Assembly: GCA_977030845.1 (NCBI GenBank)
Contig: OZ365109.1
Location: 58,528,001-58,592,000, forward strand
Direction: 5' to 3'
Origin: Fimbriosthenelais zetlandica
Lineage: Eukaryota
DNA length: 64,000 nt
How positions within the stretch are numbered: position 1 is the first letter of the stretch; each line of letters opens with the position of its first letter. Under the pieces are notes generated by a model. That model was not told the DNA's origin, made no database searches, and saw nothing but the letters and a program-made list of their open reading frames with translations. Position numbers and translations under genes: made by a program. Of the stretch, positions 24,086-37,368 are shown piece by piece.

Positions 24086-24134
24086 GGGTGGGGGTTCGGG
24101 GTATTCGGGTGTTGGGGCTTGGGTAGGGTGCGGG
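24086..24134 (+). other. Eight-G-run tract able to form one or two G-quadruplexes
   Basis: G-runs of 3 or more start at 24086, 24090, 24098, 24107, 24114, 24121, 24126 and 24132. Confidence 0.55.
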
Positions 24135-25299
24135 TGAAAGCAGTGGGGGATAGGATCAGGCATTGGCCTCAAGGTTCTGATCAAGTCAAAATGATCATGC
24201 ATTGTTATTTGGATTTGAGCCAAACTCTTGGGTGCCCCTCAATCCTTCGATCATAGAGTTCCCCCCATGGCATTAACTTTGCCCTCTTTGGTGGATATTC
24301 ACTCATCGGAAAGCATCAGCGAGTACACTCCCCAGACCTGCGCCACTGGTCCAATCCTCCCAGCGTCTTGTTCAATAATTGCAATTAACTTGTTAAGAAC
24401 AGACCTCGTCAAGCGGGAAAAGTAAAGTAATTAGAGAGGGAAGCGTAGTTGTAGTAACTGGTGTGGAATCTCCATGAAATCTGGATCATACCATGTGAGG
24501 CTTTGGTGACTCATCACCATAGCAACGCTTCAGTAGTCATGGTTACACCCAGAGCAGGTACACTCATACCTGGATAAGAGGCTGTTACTCGCCAGGGGTG
24601 ACACTGTTGGCGGGCATTGAGTGTAAATAGAAATTCCATCGGGATGCTTTTTATGCTTTGGTTTTTGTCCACAACTCTTAACAGATATTGTCTTTAGCAT
24701 GCGATGGGAGGCTGTCACAATGGCGGAATTGCTAAGTAGGATTACAATATGATTCTAAATCAGCCTCTGAATGGAAGGTAGTTTTTTCTTCTGAATAATT
24801 TATCGACTAAAATGATATTACTAATTATAGCATGTGCAGGCTGTACTTCTGAGGGATCCTAGTCATACCTCTGAATCAAAGTGAAAATTAATAAAGTAAA
24901 AATTATCGAATCTATCGAAAATAAATACAAAATATTGTGTCAGATTTTAAAAAGCAGTTAAACTATTCGTCAAACATAGAAAATATCTATGAAATATTAA
25001 TCATGGCATCAAAGTGTCCTTAATCCCTTAAACTAAATTCATTCCAGTCAATTTGAGATCATATAACTTTCAAAAAGCAGATTCAATTTGTCGCTAATTC
25101 AGAAATTGGGTTGACTGGCTAATAATTCCTTATTGCCCAGCAGCGTTAGCAATTGTTTTGCAAATGGCCACAATGAACCAGTTAATCTTATTAAAGTTGT
25201 CAAACATTTGAAAGGCGCGTCTAGTCATTCCCTTGGGATCGACCTGGCGTTCTGACCCTTACATTAGAATTAAAAGCTGTGAGTGTCATGGCCGACTTG

Positions 25300-25500
25300 T
25301 CACGTGGTTTGCCAGGATGTGGTAAAACAAAGGAAATACAATAGGAGGAGTAGAGACCCTCGGTGAAGGCTTTGTAGACAGCCAGGTCGAACGTCGCCAG
25401 CCCTCACTTCCATGTAAGCGACGTCGCGCGGTGATGACTGAAGGTGGCGCTGTTGTCATGGCGAGGATGACGTCATCGATGGGTCTTGACATGCAACCAC
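25300..25500. promoter_or_regulatory. CpG islet with E-box and full CRE
   Basis: TCACGTGG 25300-25307; palindrome GCGACGTCGC 25418-25427; palindrome GATGACGTCATC 25466-25477; 12 CpG in 25381-25500. Confidence 0.4.
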
Positions 25501-26754
25501 CCTGCTGAGTTCCCAGCCCACCTGGGCGGTAGGCCTTCTCCCCTCGGGCAGTAGGCCACGTCTAGGCGGGATAAACTAACACTGGCGAACTGTAAACCGC
25601 ATGAATCAATATGCTTCATTTCCAAATATGATAAATTACTTTGGAAATGCATTAAAAATGAGGAGCAAGTCATTATTCCTTTTGAAAATGATTGGAATTC
25701 ATTGGAGCGTGTGGTAGGCCTATACCGGGGAATCATTCGATGAAACAAAGGACCTTGTGCAGAGGCTCGGTTATCATATATTCGCTCTTTCTGACATAAT
25801 GATCCAATGGATGCTTCAGCGTTTTGACAGCCACTTTGAGGATATTGCATGTAACGAGAACAATGAACATTATGATGCAATACTCTGAATTATGGGTCCT
25901 CATCAAAGTGGTTGTGTGGATCTGTCATTTCATCCATCAAAATCACTTTGAATATCCGGGATATCATTTTCTATAGGACTATTTGGTGATTGGACTGGGC
26001 CTAATTGGTTTAAAATGGTTTTAATCCAATATTCTTCTAGAACATATTGTTACGGCATATTGACATGTTTTTAGTGCAACATTGGGATGTGAAAGTGCCA
26101 CGTACAGTAAACAAAATTGTATCAATTGTTTTGTTTACTAATCATAAACGTATGTAGCCTCATTATCGCCCATCTGTAACAATTAATGCAAGATGGTATG
26201 GGTCATGATAACGATAAAAGATGGGAAAAGATGACAAAAACGTTTAATGTTTTCATCATATCATGCCAAAACCATTTCAACATGACCAATGCTGCTATTT
26301 GATGACTAAGACGAGCCAATAATCGAAGACCCATGTTCTGTCATTGGGATGTCGTGACTATGGCAATGTTTCTTTGATTCCATTCCAACTCATCAAAACA
26401 GAGTTGGAAACAAAGAATCACGGGCTGAGGGTGTCACAGGTCAGCGACCCTGACGGTTCCACGTGAGCGATTCTGATAACCATCAGTGTAGAGAGGTGCT
26501 AGTTTTGGCAGTGAACAGAACTTTTGCATAAGCCCCCACCTAGAGGAATTTCTATTGATACTTAAAGCTATCAGGTTCATTGCCGATGCAATTTGATTAT
26601 CACAGCCATTGAACATTTTGGTCCTTTGCATCGAGGAATTGTATTTTGATAACCACGATCTTCTTCTTTATAAAAGTGTTTTGAAGTTTTCCCCTCAGAA
26701 TTGGCAAAGGATCCTTTGAAAAGAGATTATAGAAATGTATGCAACGATATTCTT

Positions 26755-26807
26755 TTCCCCTGGCTCCAAAAATAGCAATTTTTCCTGTTCCCCTGGCTTC
26801 AAAAATA
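26755..26807. repeat. Two-copy 20-bp direct repeat (period 33)
   Basis: TTCCCCTGGCT(C/T)CAAAAATA at 26755-26774 and 26788-26807, with one mismatch. Confidence 0.8.
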
Positions 26808-27421
26808 AATCCATTGGGAAACAGTGAATTCCGCATTACTATTCATGCTCATGCACAAAGGTCTATATATTATTGATTCCTCGCTATTTAATGAGCATTG
26901 ATCAAGAACAGTGGACAGATAGAAATAGAACAAATATTGGACCACCCAATGATAATGCGATAGACATGAGGGCAAACTTTTTGGCCAATGTCACAAGCTA
27001 GTTTCGCATGATTTCCCCTCTGCACATCCCAAATAGCCCATTGTTAAGGAGACAATGTTGAACTATATGATTTACATAGATTCTTATGGCAACTAAGGTG
27101 GGACTGACTTCTTTGGCTCAACTTCGAGTATCAGCAGGTGCACCATACATTTCTGAGTATACTGTGTAACTTGGATTGGGGAACTTCTTGAGAAGTGGGA
27201 TTAATTAGATTTGTAGGAATGCTCTGGTGAACAATGCATCAGCGAACACTGACTATTGTCGCTTATCTGGAACTACCTGACATTGACAAGAGCAAGGCAA
27301 ACATGATGAGTTGTTGGATGGTATAGGAAGCAGAGTAGAAGTCTGCTCCAGCAACTGTAACACATGAAGGACATGGAGGAGGATCATCCCTCAGACGCGG
27401 GGTCGCTAAAACATACAGGAA

Positions 27422-27435
27422 ATTGCCATGGTAAC
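27422..27435. promoter_or_regulatory. RFX X-box-like palindrome
   Basis: ATTGCCATGGTAAC versus consensus GTTRCCATGGYAAC (one mismatch). Confidence 0.3.
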
Positions 27436-28227
27436 TCAATTCACTCAATTTCCACAAAGTGAGGCAGGGGGATGACATTGATTGAAATGCTAGCCCGGTG
27501 GGCCCGTCCGCTCCAAGATTGGCAGCTTTTCCTGGCCCGTGCCCGTGCATGGGATTGGTATGTGGGTAAGGGCAGAGTCAAGGAGGGATGAGCTGGTGGT
27601 CGAGTAGGTCTAGGAGGAGCTCATGAACAGAACATTCCGCTTTCATGGAATATGGAAATTAAGGCAAAGGACTTACTAGTATATAGATGAAACATTGTCA
27701 GTTCAGTACACAACCAAATAACTTTCTTTGAAAATATATTTTAGAGTCTCAACATGGCCTAGGCTGGTCTTTTTAGTTCTTTCACTTATGTGGATGATAT
27801 GATCATCCATCGCCAAACCTTTGCCTTTGAGAAGAGGTCTACATGGACATGCTATTTACATGCAAATTTTGAACAAACATTGCATCCGTGACCATTAGAT
27901 TGACTAAATTGAGGTGGATATCATTGGGTTGAAAATAAATTCTGCTTTCATTATCACAAAAGCTCCGGTGCCATATACACCATTACATCAAGGTTTGACA
28001 GTAACTGATGAACTCTTTTAATCTTAATCCTCTTCAGAAGGAGCCCCAGACACATACCATGGATTAATGATTGGCTGAAGTATAGATTCTACAATTTGTC
28101 CTCTGACGATTCCAGCAGTCAATAATAAGTCCTCCGCACCCACATTAAGAAAGAACAAAACGAGTGCTTGACATGGACTCGTCATTACAGGGGAGGATTT
28201 TCCTCAGACAAGGCTAAGAGGATTACG

Positions 28228-28241
28228 CCGGAAGTGAGTCA
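28228..28241 (+). promoter_or_regulatory. Overlapping ETS/AP-1 composite
   Basis: CCGGAAGTGAGTCA = CCGGAAGTG overlapping TGAGTCA. Confidence 0.3.
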
Positions 28242-31026
28242 GTCATGTTGCATCATGGGACGTGAGTTGAGAATGGAGAACAGGAGAGTTCATCAGTCCA
28301 CTTATTGTTTGTAAATTTCTCCAAAGACTCAAAGGAAATTAGAAGCTAGCATTCCATTCACATGGATGTATCACTTTACAATGGTACAGTTTTGCTATTC
28401 ATGTGCAGCATGTAATACTATGTACATACATGTACATGTCTTTACCCGAAAGTCTTTTATGAACTTATATCCAGCTATGAGAACATTATGCTGCAATTGT
28501 GATGATATAACAGAAATTCTATCAAATCAATGTTATTAAAGTATGTGTAACTACTGTAAGTACAGTACATGTGTAAGCTGAGACCAGTATTGTATTTCAG
28601 ATAAAGCAATGGTATTTTGCTTTTAAGTCCCTGGAATTACAGGCTGAGTCAAGCAATTCGTGGACATGCTCAAATGATTGAAAAAATGGACCGAGTTCAA
28701 TCCAGAACTAACACACCATCATCTCTATCTGAGCAGTGCTCAATAATTTGCGCCAATTAAAGTTCCATTACAATGGATCCAAATTGGAGTTGAATCGCAA
28801 TTTTCATAATTGTGCTATTAGTCCTGTGACGATATTTCAGGAGCGAGATGACAAGGGAAATTGCTTGATGATGACAAAACTACTCCCACTGTCACCAAGC
28901 AGCGACCAGAAAGTTTTTCATATTGCCCTCATAATAAAAGCTAGTTCATTATGATATCTCTTACACTTAAAAGCCCCTTGCATTAGGGACTCGCAGGGCT
29001 TGTAGGGGTTCAGGGTCGGGGCACGTTGGTGATTCAGACAAAATTATTAAAGGGGAAAGCCAACAAAGGACCTGGGCAGAATCCATGTGCTGGCGGATGC
29101 CCTAAGCTGGAGGGTAATCAAGATTATGCTAGCCTCAATTCAATCATAATTCCATGCTTAAACCCGGACTGTGTCATTTTTCCAAAGCCTTGCCAAGATT
29201 TTTCCACCTAGGGTGGTATTAGCTAGGAGACCCCCCTCACCCATCCCATTTTCCTTCCTTCCCTTGGATCCTATTCTCCACGCAATTCATCCCCTCTTTC
29301 CCAGCCCCCTATACCCCCACCCACTTCCATCCCCTATGAGCATGTGCATGGCATCCATGCTTGACTGGCCCTAGTAAAGTGCACATCATCTTGGGCCAGT
29401 TGGGGTTGCACAAGTGTTGGGATGAATGAACATACAATGTATATCATGTGGGGACTCTACCAGACATTTCTATTTTCCATGACATATAAGTTTTGCTAGA
29501 ATTATCTTTTAATCATTGTTACTTTGTCCAACATAATATTATGGTGCACAATGACGAGTAGATAAATTCTTCAAAAATTGTGACATGCCTTTGATGAGGG
29601 AGAGATAGACTCAGAGTTGTCTACACCAAACGGGATTGAATCCCAGACATGCCATGCTTCATGAATAAAGTATAAAAATTTGTCGGACTAGTCCTGTTCA
29701 GAAGATTGACAGGTATGGACACTATTCTTGGGTGTCTTTTTGAGGTAGGGTCCCCTTTCCACATGGCTGTCCTTTGGCAAGTCGCCCCTGCTCTTAATGC
29801 CACAGTGGTCAATCGGGTACAGAAGCACACAGTCGGATGACCACATGACAATGGTCAGTGAGTGTAGAGAGAGCTGAGCACGAAGGCCTGTCATAAGACC
29901 ATCCATGTCAGCCACACTGCCTCGGCCTACCAAGCATGACCTTTTCTTCTCCAGCCTCTCTGATACCTCCTCTCCATCTCCGTCTCCCAGCTGTGGGCTC
30001 ACACGTCAACACATCATGGCATCTGACACTATAGTCATCAGTGATTTAATACTAAACCCATCCAGAACGAAAAAGCGAGAAACTTGAAAAAAATTCGATC
30101 ACTGTGTATGGCTGCTAAAATAATGAATAAATTAGTTAAAGGTGGGAATACTGGAACATGAGAATGGTATACTATTTCTTTCATGCAATTATACATTAAC
30201 GTATTTAACCCCATTGTAGTAAGAGCTCCAGTTGAAACTCCTCTAATTGTAAAATTAAAAATGCATTTTTAGTGGGGAATTCGGCAATAAATTACTTCTT
30301 TTAAATTAGATGAAATAGATACCTATCGAATGAAACCTGCGATAACAATCGTGTTTACACGCATTCTCCACGCTAACAGCAAAAAAGGGTAAAAAATCCC
30401 CTTCCTCTTAATGCTAATTGAAATGCTGTAGTCAAAAAAATGGACGAACAAGGCAATGATGCCATAAAATACTTGCCACCCTGGGGCCTGTGGGCTAACC
30501 GATCCGTTTTTAACTACAATTTCCTCTCACGCTATTCGAATATATCAGATCTTTGTCACCCAGCCTACGTCACAAAGGGTAATTTCCATATGTTGTGGGG
30601 GTTAGATATGGGAAAGAGGTGAATTTTTTGCAGATATTTTTTCAGTTTCATTCCATGTCTACCCCATGGTAAATCGTGATAAGGGGGTGAAAGCCATTAG
30701 CAGGCGATAGGAAAAGTTTTCGCCACGTGTGACAAGTCGCTGGGGGTGCTAATAGTTTAGTAATCAGCTATTGTTTTCACAGCTCCTAAACGCCGTGGGG
30801 TGGTGGCTACTGGCACCATATGCTATTGTCAGTGGGGGCAGTTGGGGGAAGTTGGGCGATAAATCATAACCGATACTAGCGCCACCATGGCCAGGCCAGG
30901 AAGTTGGAAATAGATGATGGGGGAGCATAGGTCGAGACTCCGCGTTAAAGGGGTGGAAAGAAGAGATATGGCGGAGGGAGTGGCCAGAAGAGCTGCCGTC
31001 CATTCACGCTCCATTACCTCCAGTGC

Positions 31027-31150
31027 CGACGTCTGCACGTCGTCAACGTCGCCCCTAACGTTATCTCAGGCCTAGCGGAAGTCTCGCAAGATCTCGTGAA
31101 CGGCGCGCCCTCTCGAGACCTAATGGCAAGGTTGTCGGCCAGGTGCGTCG
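31027..31150. promoter_or_regulatory. Promoter-like CpG islet: ETS plus TCTCGCGAGA-like (BANP/ZBTB33-type) motif
   Basis: ACGT cores at 31029, 31037, 31046 and 31058; CGGAAGT 31076-31082; TCTCGCAAGA 31082-31091; TCTCGTGA 31092-31099; GGCGCGCC 31102-31109; TCTCGAGA 31111-31118. Confidence 0.45.
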
Positions 31151-32505
31151 CGTGTCATTGTGTACTTTAGCTGCCCCGCCCCAGTGTCAACCTCGCTCCT
31201 CCATTGTCTGGCACCAACCCTGCGTTTACTGTGAGTCGGTCCCACAATATCCTTCTCTTCAAATGGAAACGCGTCAATGTTTACTTTGCTCCATTCCGCG
31301 GTGTGGTCCAATCCCCTTCACCAAAGCAAAACTGCCGATTAACATGCTCCTCAAAGACTCGAATAACAAAACTTGGTCAGCTTTAATTATCTCCAGGTCA
31401 CATAGGTTGACCTTCAAATCAGTTTGGGGAAGAGAGGGCACTTGTCGCCTGTGCTTTATTCCTGTGTATGTACATAAGCAGAGGCTGTAAACTGATTATC
31501 ATGTGAGAACAGTAGACTAATGCCACAAGCCTAGAAACCCAAAGAATTTACTTAAATCAATGGAAAGAACAACGCGGCCCAAAACATATTAACTTTGGTC
31601 TTAGGACACTGAAAGCAGGTGTTCGAAGTCCCAAACAACCATGTTTATGCCTCTATTTGTTCTTTTTGCATTTGTATTTGCTCTTCTATTTGTTACCCAC
31701 GTTTGCGATGATGGATTTGGTGTTGATTCAGACATTCTTGAGTGATACAAGACAGTCCTGACAGTCCTCTTAAAGGGCCCAGACTTGATCTTCCTTATCC
31801 ATTTAATGACGCGAGGAAGAAAAGAAAGGAAACCAAATTCCCTGAGTTCAGATTGGAACATCCGACATTTACCTCTATAAATACATTGTAGAAGTAGAGC
31901 TGAGAGGTCCAATACATTTTCCAGGGTCTCTGGGGCAACACCCTCTTCGAAATGATTTAGGTTCAATCCACAACTCAACAAAAGAACAAAAAACCAGCAT
32001 GGGGAGTTTTAAACGGTCCCTGGTCGTTTTTATAAATCACTCTTTGAAGTCCCATGCCTGCTTCTCGATACAACTACATATTCATCATATATGAGTGAAC
32101 ATCAATTTTATCCACAATTACCCCTGGAGAATACTGGCTTCTAATTGGTGCCCTGATATTGTCACATGATGTCCGCCATCTTTGTGATTATCCCAGGCCA
32201 GGCATGGATTATCTCCCCCTTCTCCCCCTCTCTTCCTCCCTCATTCAATATCATCCCCTGCTCGCCTCTAAACAATGCCAGCGCAAACCACATTAAATGA
32301 TATGTGAATTTGTGTGATTTTTACCAGTAAAAATCTCCGACTGCTTCTACCACAGAGCTGGGGGAAATGCAGTCATTAATAAGATCACAATGAAAACGAC
32401 AATGGCTGAAGCGGGACCACCTAGCAAGGGAAACGATCTCGATGACTTTGATGTTTTGTCTCGCTCGTCGATTTCCATGTGTTCTTTTTATTTCCTCCAT
32501 CGATC

Positions 32506-32655
32506 TGCACACTGGGGATACTTGAATCACAAAGTGCGCAGGGAACCAGGGTAATTTTTGATGGGCCTCGTCTTTGTCCAACCTGCGCACGACTCCAGGA
32601 AGTCGTGCACTGCGACGTATCCTCGTTCTCTTGCCGCTGGGACGTAATGACGTCA
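32506..32655. promoter_or_regulatory. Three metal-response-element cores plus ETS and full CRE
   Basis: TGCRCNC matches at 32506-32512 (+), 32534-32540 (-) and 32584-32590 (+); CAGGAAGT near 32596; TGACGTCA 32648-32655. Confidence 0.35.
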
Positions 32656-32708
32656 CAAAGGTCTCAACCGGCGTCTCCATGGCGTCAGGAGGCCTTTAAG
32701 ATCTCTTA

Positions 32709-32751
32709 TCACTGAAGGTGACCTTTTTTCTTGTCTGACCTTCAGTGACCT
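32709..32751 (-). promoter_or_regulatory. Perfect nuclear-receptor DR4 overlapping an 11-bp inverted repeat
   Basis: TGACCT-TCAG-TGACCT 32736-32751; TCACTGAAGGT (32709-32719) pairs perfectly with ACCTTCAGTGA (32738-32748). Confidence 0.4.
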
Positions 32752-34968
32752 GGTCAGTCAGCTATTGATGTGTATTTGCACTTTGATTCTTTTGTTTCTT
32801 TTGCTGGCTGACACCGAGGGGCAGATAGGATGCAGTATTAATTAGGTTCCCACGGTCATTATAACTTCAATGCCCGAGAGGAGCTTTATACAGGATAAGA
32901 CATCTGATCCAGAAGTGACAATTATCCCACTAGCTCTAGGTCTTAATTCGCCTGGATTTTATACTTGCTTTATTCCAGCCAGGGTCACTTAGGATTAACT
33001 TTTGATTCTTGCGATTAAGAGCATGGTAGCCTACTTAGATAGGAGAATTAAGGTTAAGGTTAAAAATTAAGGTTCCGAGACATCCAAGTGTATCTGTATG
33101 GAGGAAACATCTGACTATCTTACCCTAATGAAGATTGTATTCTTATTATTCAAAGAATTTGAGTTATGGAAAGGCAATGGAATCTGAAGCATTGTCAGCG
33201 CTGAACATATTATAGTCACTCATTCCACAAGGTAAATATCCTTGTATATAGGAAACTGGGAGAAAGTTTACTAAACTTGCTTATGAACTGATGGATGTGG
33301 GTGTCGCTATGTCCTCCCATGGCAGAAAATATTGCCAGAATTTCTCTGCTGGAAATCTCACCTCGGCACACCACGAAGCCACCCCCTACAGAGAGGTATT
33401 CTAAACGGTAGCTGTCATTTACCCACCATTAAAGAATGGTCTACCTTTATATGGTATTCTTCAAATAACTCCAATTGACAGCCCGACAAGCCCACTGACA
33501 ATTAGGAATACAGGAAGCGGTCAAAAAATGAAGATAATAGTCTCAATATAGCTGTACAGAGGAATATAAACTCCCTTTTATTGCCCACAACAAGGGGATA
33601 TTCCACGACCCCGGGTGTAAAAAATGGCATTACTTTAAATTTATATGTACTTCTCTTTTATGTGAACTTAAAGAGAATTCATATTGTCTCTGTGTTCTTT
33701 TGTTAGGCCACTTTTTTCTTCGGTGGACCACCTGTTACACAGTCTATGCGAAATATATTGATGAAAGTTACAGTATTTTAGGCAGAAAGCGTCCCAAACA
33801 TCTTTAAATCACAATAAATTACCAGAAGTAAGAGCAGCCCATTTCTCCCGCAAACGGTTGTAATCATGTTGATGGCTAAATTGTTGGACTCAACCTTTCG
33901 TGAAAATTTAAACCGCAATTGTATTTAATTCACTCCAGGCCCATCCTATATCATTAAAGATTCAGTGGAAACTGTTGAAAGCAAGATGAACGATGGACAC
34001 ATCAATCAAATCAAATTCAAAGGCGCAAGTAAAGCCTGGTGAATTTTTAATCCCCCTTTTTTGCTAAAAGCTTGTGCTTGAAACATATTGCGCAGACATT
34101 TGCCATTTCACTTTCGCTGACCGCCATTGAAGATTTCTATGGGGAGATTTATGTTTCTGGCATTGGAGTTGGCAACTATGGGAACATTGGGTGGATTCAG
34201 GTGGAATATATTCTGATCCCTTGATTAATGAGCGGCTCCTGGGCTTTTTCACACCTGTACAATGTGTGGTATGCCACTCATAGACATCCACTCAAGTCCA
34301 GGTATAGCCTTATTTACCTTAGGACGGGTATTTATCTTCATTATACACACTTGGGATGGCATTGCACAAAGAATGGCTGCCTAGCGACCAACAGGTAACC
34401 AAGGAAGTCCCAGGTGTCAGTAGACTTAATTTGCTTGAGTTGACACCTACTAAACTCCGCATTATCTCACCTTGATGAGGGATACCAGCGAGTTACAGTA
34501 TAACCTCGTTTTTACACTCCAATGTTCACCTGATTGGTTGTGTCCGGGACTACTTTTGTCGAGGGAGTAATATACGAGGGTGAAGAGGCTTGTTTGACAT
34601 CAGCTCACGACAGCAAAGTTGACCGCAATGGCCAACCGCACCATTCGGGGTGGCTGCTCCTCTCAATGTGAGAAAGCATTCATGTCATAGGTTATGTGGA
34701 GATAGTACTACTAGGAAAATGATTACATACATTCATGTATGTCCAACTGGCAAGTTACATGTATTACAGAAAACCTCAGCCGGGAAGTATTGGATAACCT
34801 GCTAACTTTTCCTTGGGAAAATTATTTATGGGAGCAATGCCATCTAATAACAATTTACATTTTTGATAAATGGCTTTACAAAATATATGAGTTCATAACT
34901 TTCCTTTAGAATTACTAAGCTATAATTTTGAGAAGAAAAGTACAGGTCCACGTAGTTGAAATAGCTCG

Positions 34969-35036
34969 CCTGTTTCAGAACAACCATTAGCAATATTTGC
35001 GCTGAAACGGGCCCAGGTCATGCCGTTACTCTGACA
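34969..35036 (+). repeat. Old dispersed repeat fragment, copy A
   Basis: Shares the exact 17-mer TTGCGCTGAAACGGGCC (34997-35013) and collinear flanks CCTGTTT(C/T)AGAACA..AGCAAT and TACTCTGACA with 50354-50441. Confidence 0.65.
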
Positions 35037-37368
35037 TGCATTTCAATATAAAGCCGATTACACGTTTGGTGAAAGCCGAAGCAGTTGAAAAGAGACCCCG
35101 TGGGCGTAGATGCCTATAATTTTGGAAATCTCAGCAACGGGATCTTTCCAAAGTCTGTCATTTATGTCCGGGCGATTAGTGATCCCAATGGTAGGATTTC
35201 GTAAATGAAATCCAAAATTGGTGGAGTTTCAATCGTAGCTCATGCATTTTGGTGATAAAAATGTCAAAAGCAGGTATATCTCATCTGTCAGAGATCTGTT
35301 CTATGAATGGTGGCGCTATAAAAGCACCCTCTGTCAGAATCCATGGCGTTATCGGCGCATTAAATCACTCCCCGACACTAAAACTTTAAATGAAATGGCG
35401 TGCAATGGGTTTCAACATGGGAATATGTGTGCGAGACTTATGTATTGAAGGGAATGATTGTGGTTTGATTGGGCTATGACAGAGTCAGGGTATTTCACAT
35501 TGAGGGAAGATAAATGAGCGGGAAACACGAGTTTTGATTATTTACACCGATTGTAAGCCATTGTAACTGTCGACACGTCACCATGGCTTGGCAGAGTGTA
35601 CCATGATAGCTTGTAATTGTCAGACATGGATGTTGGTCCCATACGTCACAGTAGGCAGGACAATTCACTCATAAATGACATTTAACAAAAGCCTGAATGA
35701 TAATATGCCCTCCAATCTGATCCGAACCGCTACCGGGCTGACGCATAATATGTCATGGATAAAAGTCATCCAATTTTGAAATCATCTGATAATATCATTT
35801 CAACACTCGATAAATTTCCTTGCACAAATTGAAAAAGAGACATTCAATTAAAATGTCAAGTAAAGTATAATCGGATAATGATACCACAATTGCAACGTTG
35901 CAATTGTACAATGTTCAGAAGGAATGTCATTTGTCACTGAGGGCTAAGTATGTACGTATACATGTATATCCATGCAGTCGATCCCGATGATGTTTATGAG
36001 GGCATAATAATACGCCTTTAAGAAAGTTAATTTGCCATTCGAAACTTTCTCAAGTTTTGCAGAGATATCGGGCCTATCACAAGGCAGCAAACAGCAGGCA
36101 AAAAGTGGTACAAGCAGTTTATCTCATATGCAGCATCAGCAGTACTATATCCTTCCTATATTAATTTTATGAGATTCTTTTCTACTTCTATTCACCGATT
36201 AAAAAGGCATATCACCATACAACAGCCGGCAATGTTAAAGGGAGAGTGGAAAAAGAGAGGAGGGCGAGTTAGGATGGCTATCTCTCGTGTTTTATACCTC
36301 TGTGTAAATACAACACCAGTCATATAAATAGATAACAATAAAACGCCTCCCCTCGGGCGCTATCAGCCGCTCATGATGACGACAAAACAAACACCACACG
36401 TCATTTGCTTGATGCGCCTCACTATATTTTTGCACTTTCATGAATATTCATTGTTCACAGCTGGCCCTGAGCTATGAATAATGCAGTATTAGTTAGCAGT
36501 ATTCAATTTGTGATTTACCACAACTCTTCTCTTGTATTTAAGCACTGTCCTTTGATGCAGCTATCAACTTCTCATTTTGTCTGACATGACACTGTGTGAA
36601 AATGAAACAACTATTTTAGAAATGTTTCTGAGGTAATCTCCATACTCACGCCCAGTTTCATGAAGAAAAGAAATATGCATTGGATAGTGTTAAATTTGGC
36701 CTGAGGGCAATGTGAACAATGTTTTGGAAGTGAAGGCAGGATTCTATGTCACTTGGGTAACCAGTGGCTGGCCTGGTGACAATTTACATTGATTTTCCAC
36801 TATGATCCTAACATAAAGGTGTCAGGAGTTACACGTTCTGACTAACCCATCTCCCCCTACTTTGCCAGGATGACACAGTCCCTATCAACACCTTGTCACA
36901 GTAGGGTTTTCTCTCCCGATGCAAAACAGCAAGCATACCACCTCGAAACTGCTTACTTATATTTCCAGTATATATACATAACTAATATAGCCATTAGTTT
37001 TGTGACATTTCAATGGATCAGCCATTATATAAATATGTCTGATAAAATATCATGGTGTAAGGACATACGAAGATTTGTATAGAAAAAATCTGTTTAAATT
37101 ATTAAAAGAATATATTCTCTTCAGGTTCAGTGAAATATGATATTCTTTAGGTGACAAGCTTGGATAGTTATTATATTATTGCCTAGGGCTACACATGACT
37201 AAAGCGTATTAATTTCAGAGAACCTATAATCAGTTGCTAATGAGCAAAAGAAATCAGAAATTCACAATTTGTATCTCTCATGGCCTTGGGGCAAAGGATT
37301 TGCTTGCTTTTCATTGTCATCGTAATGATCGCTTCTATTTCCTTTTTATAATTTCACAAAGGCCCATT

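Noticed and set aside
26598-26610. 13-nt identity to the 5' end of miR-13/miR-2 family (TATCACAGCCATT)
   Set aside because: The 3' part diverges, and the upstream sequence does not form a complementary pre-miRNA arm.
29631-29644. GGGATTGAATCCC resembling a tRNA/SINE T-arm
   Set aside because: The B-box G is missing (ATTCAA instead of GTTCRA), and there is no A-box or cloverleaf.
6656-36832. Exact 15-mer GGTGTCAGGAGTTAC at 6656 and 36818
   Set aside because: A few exact 15-mer pairs are expected in 64 kb, and the flanks do not align.
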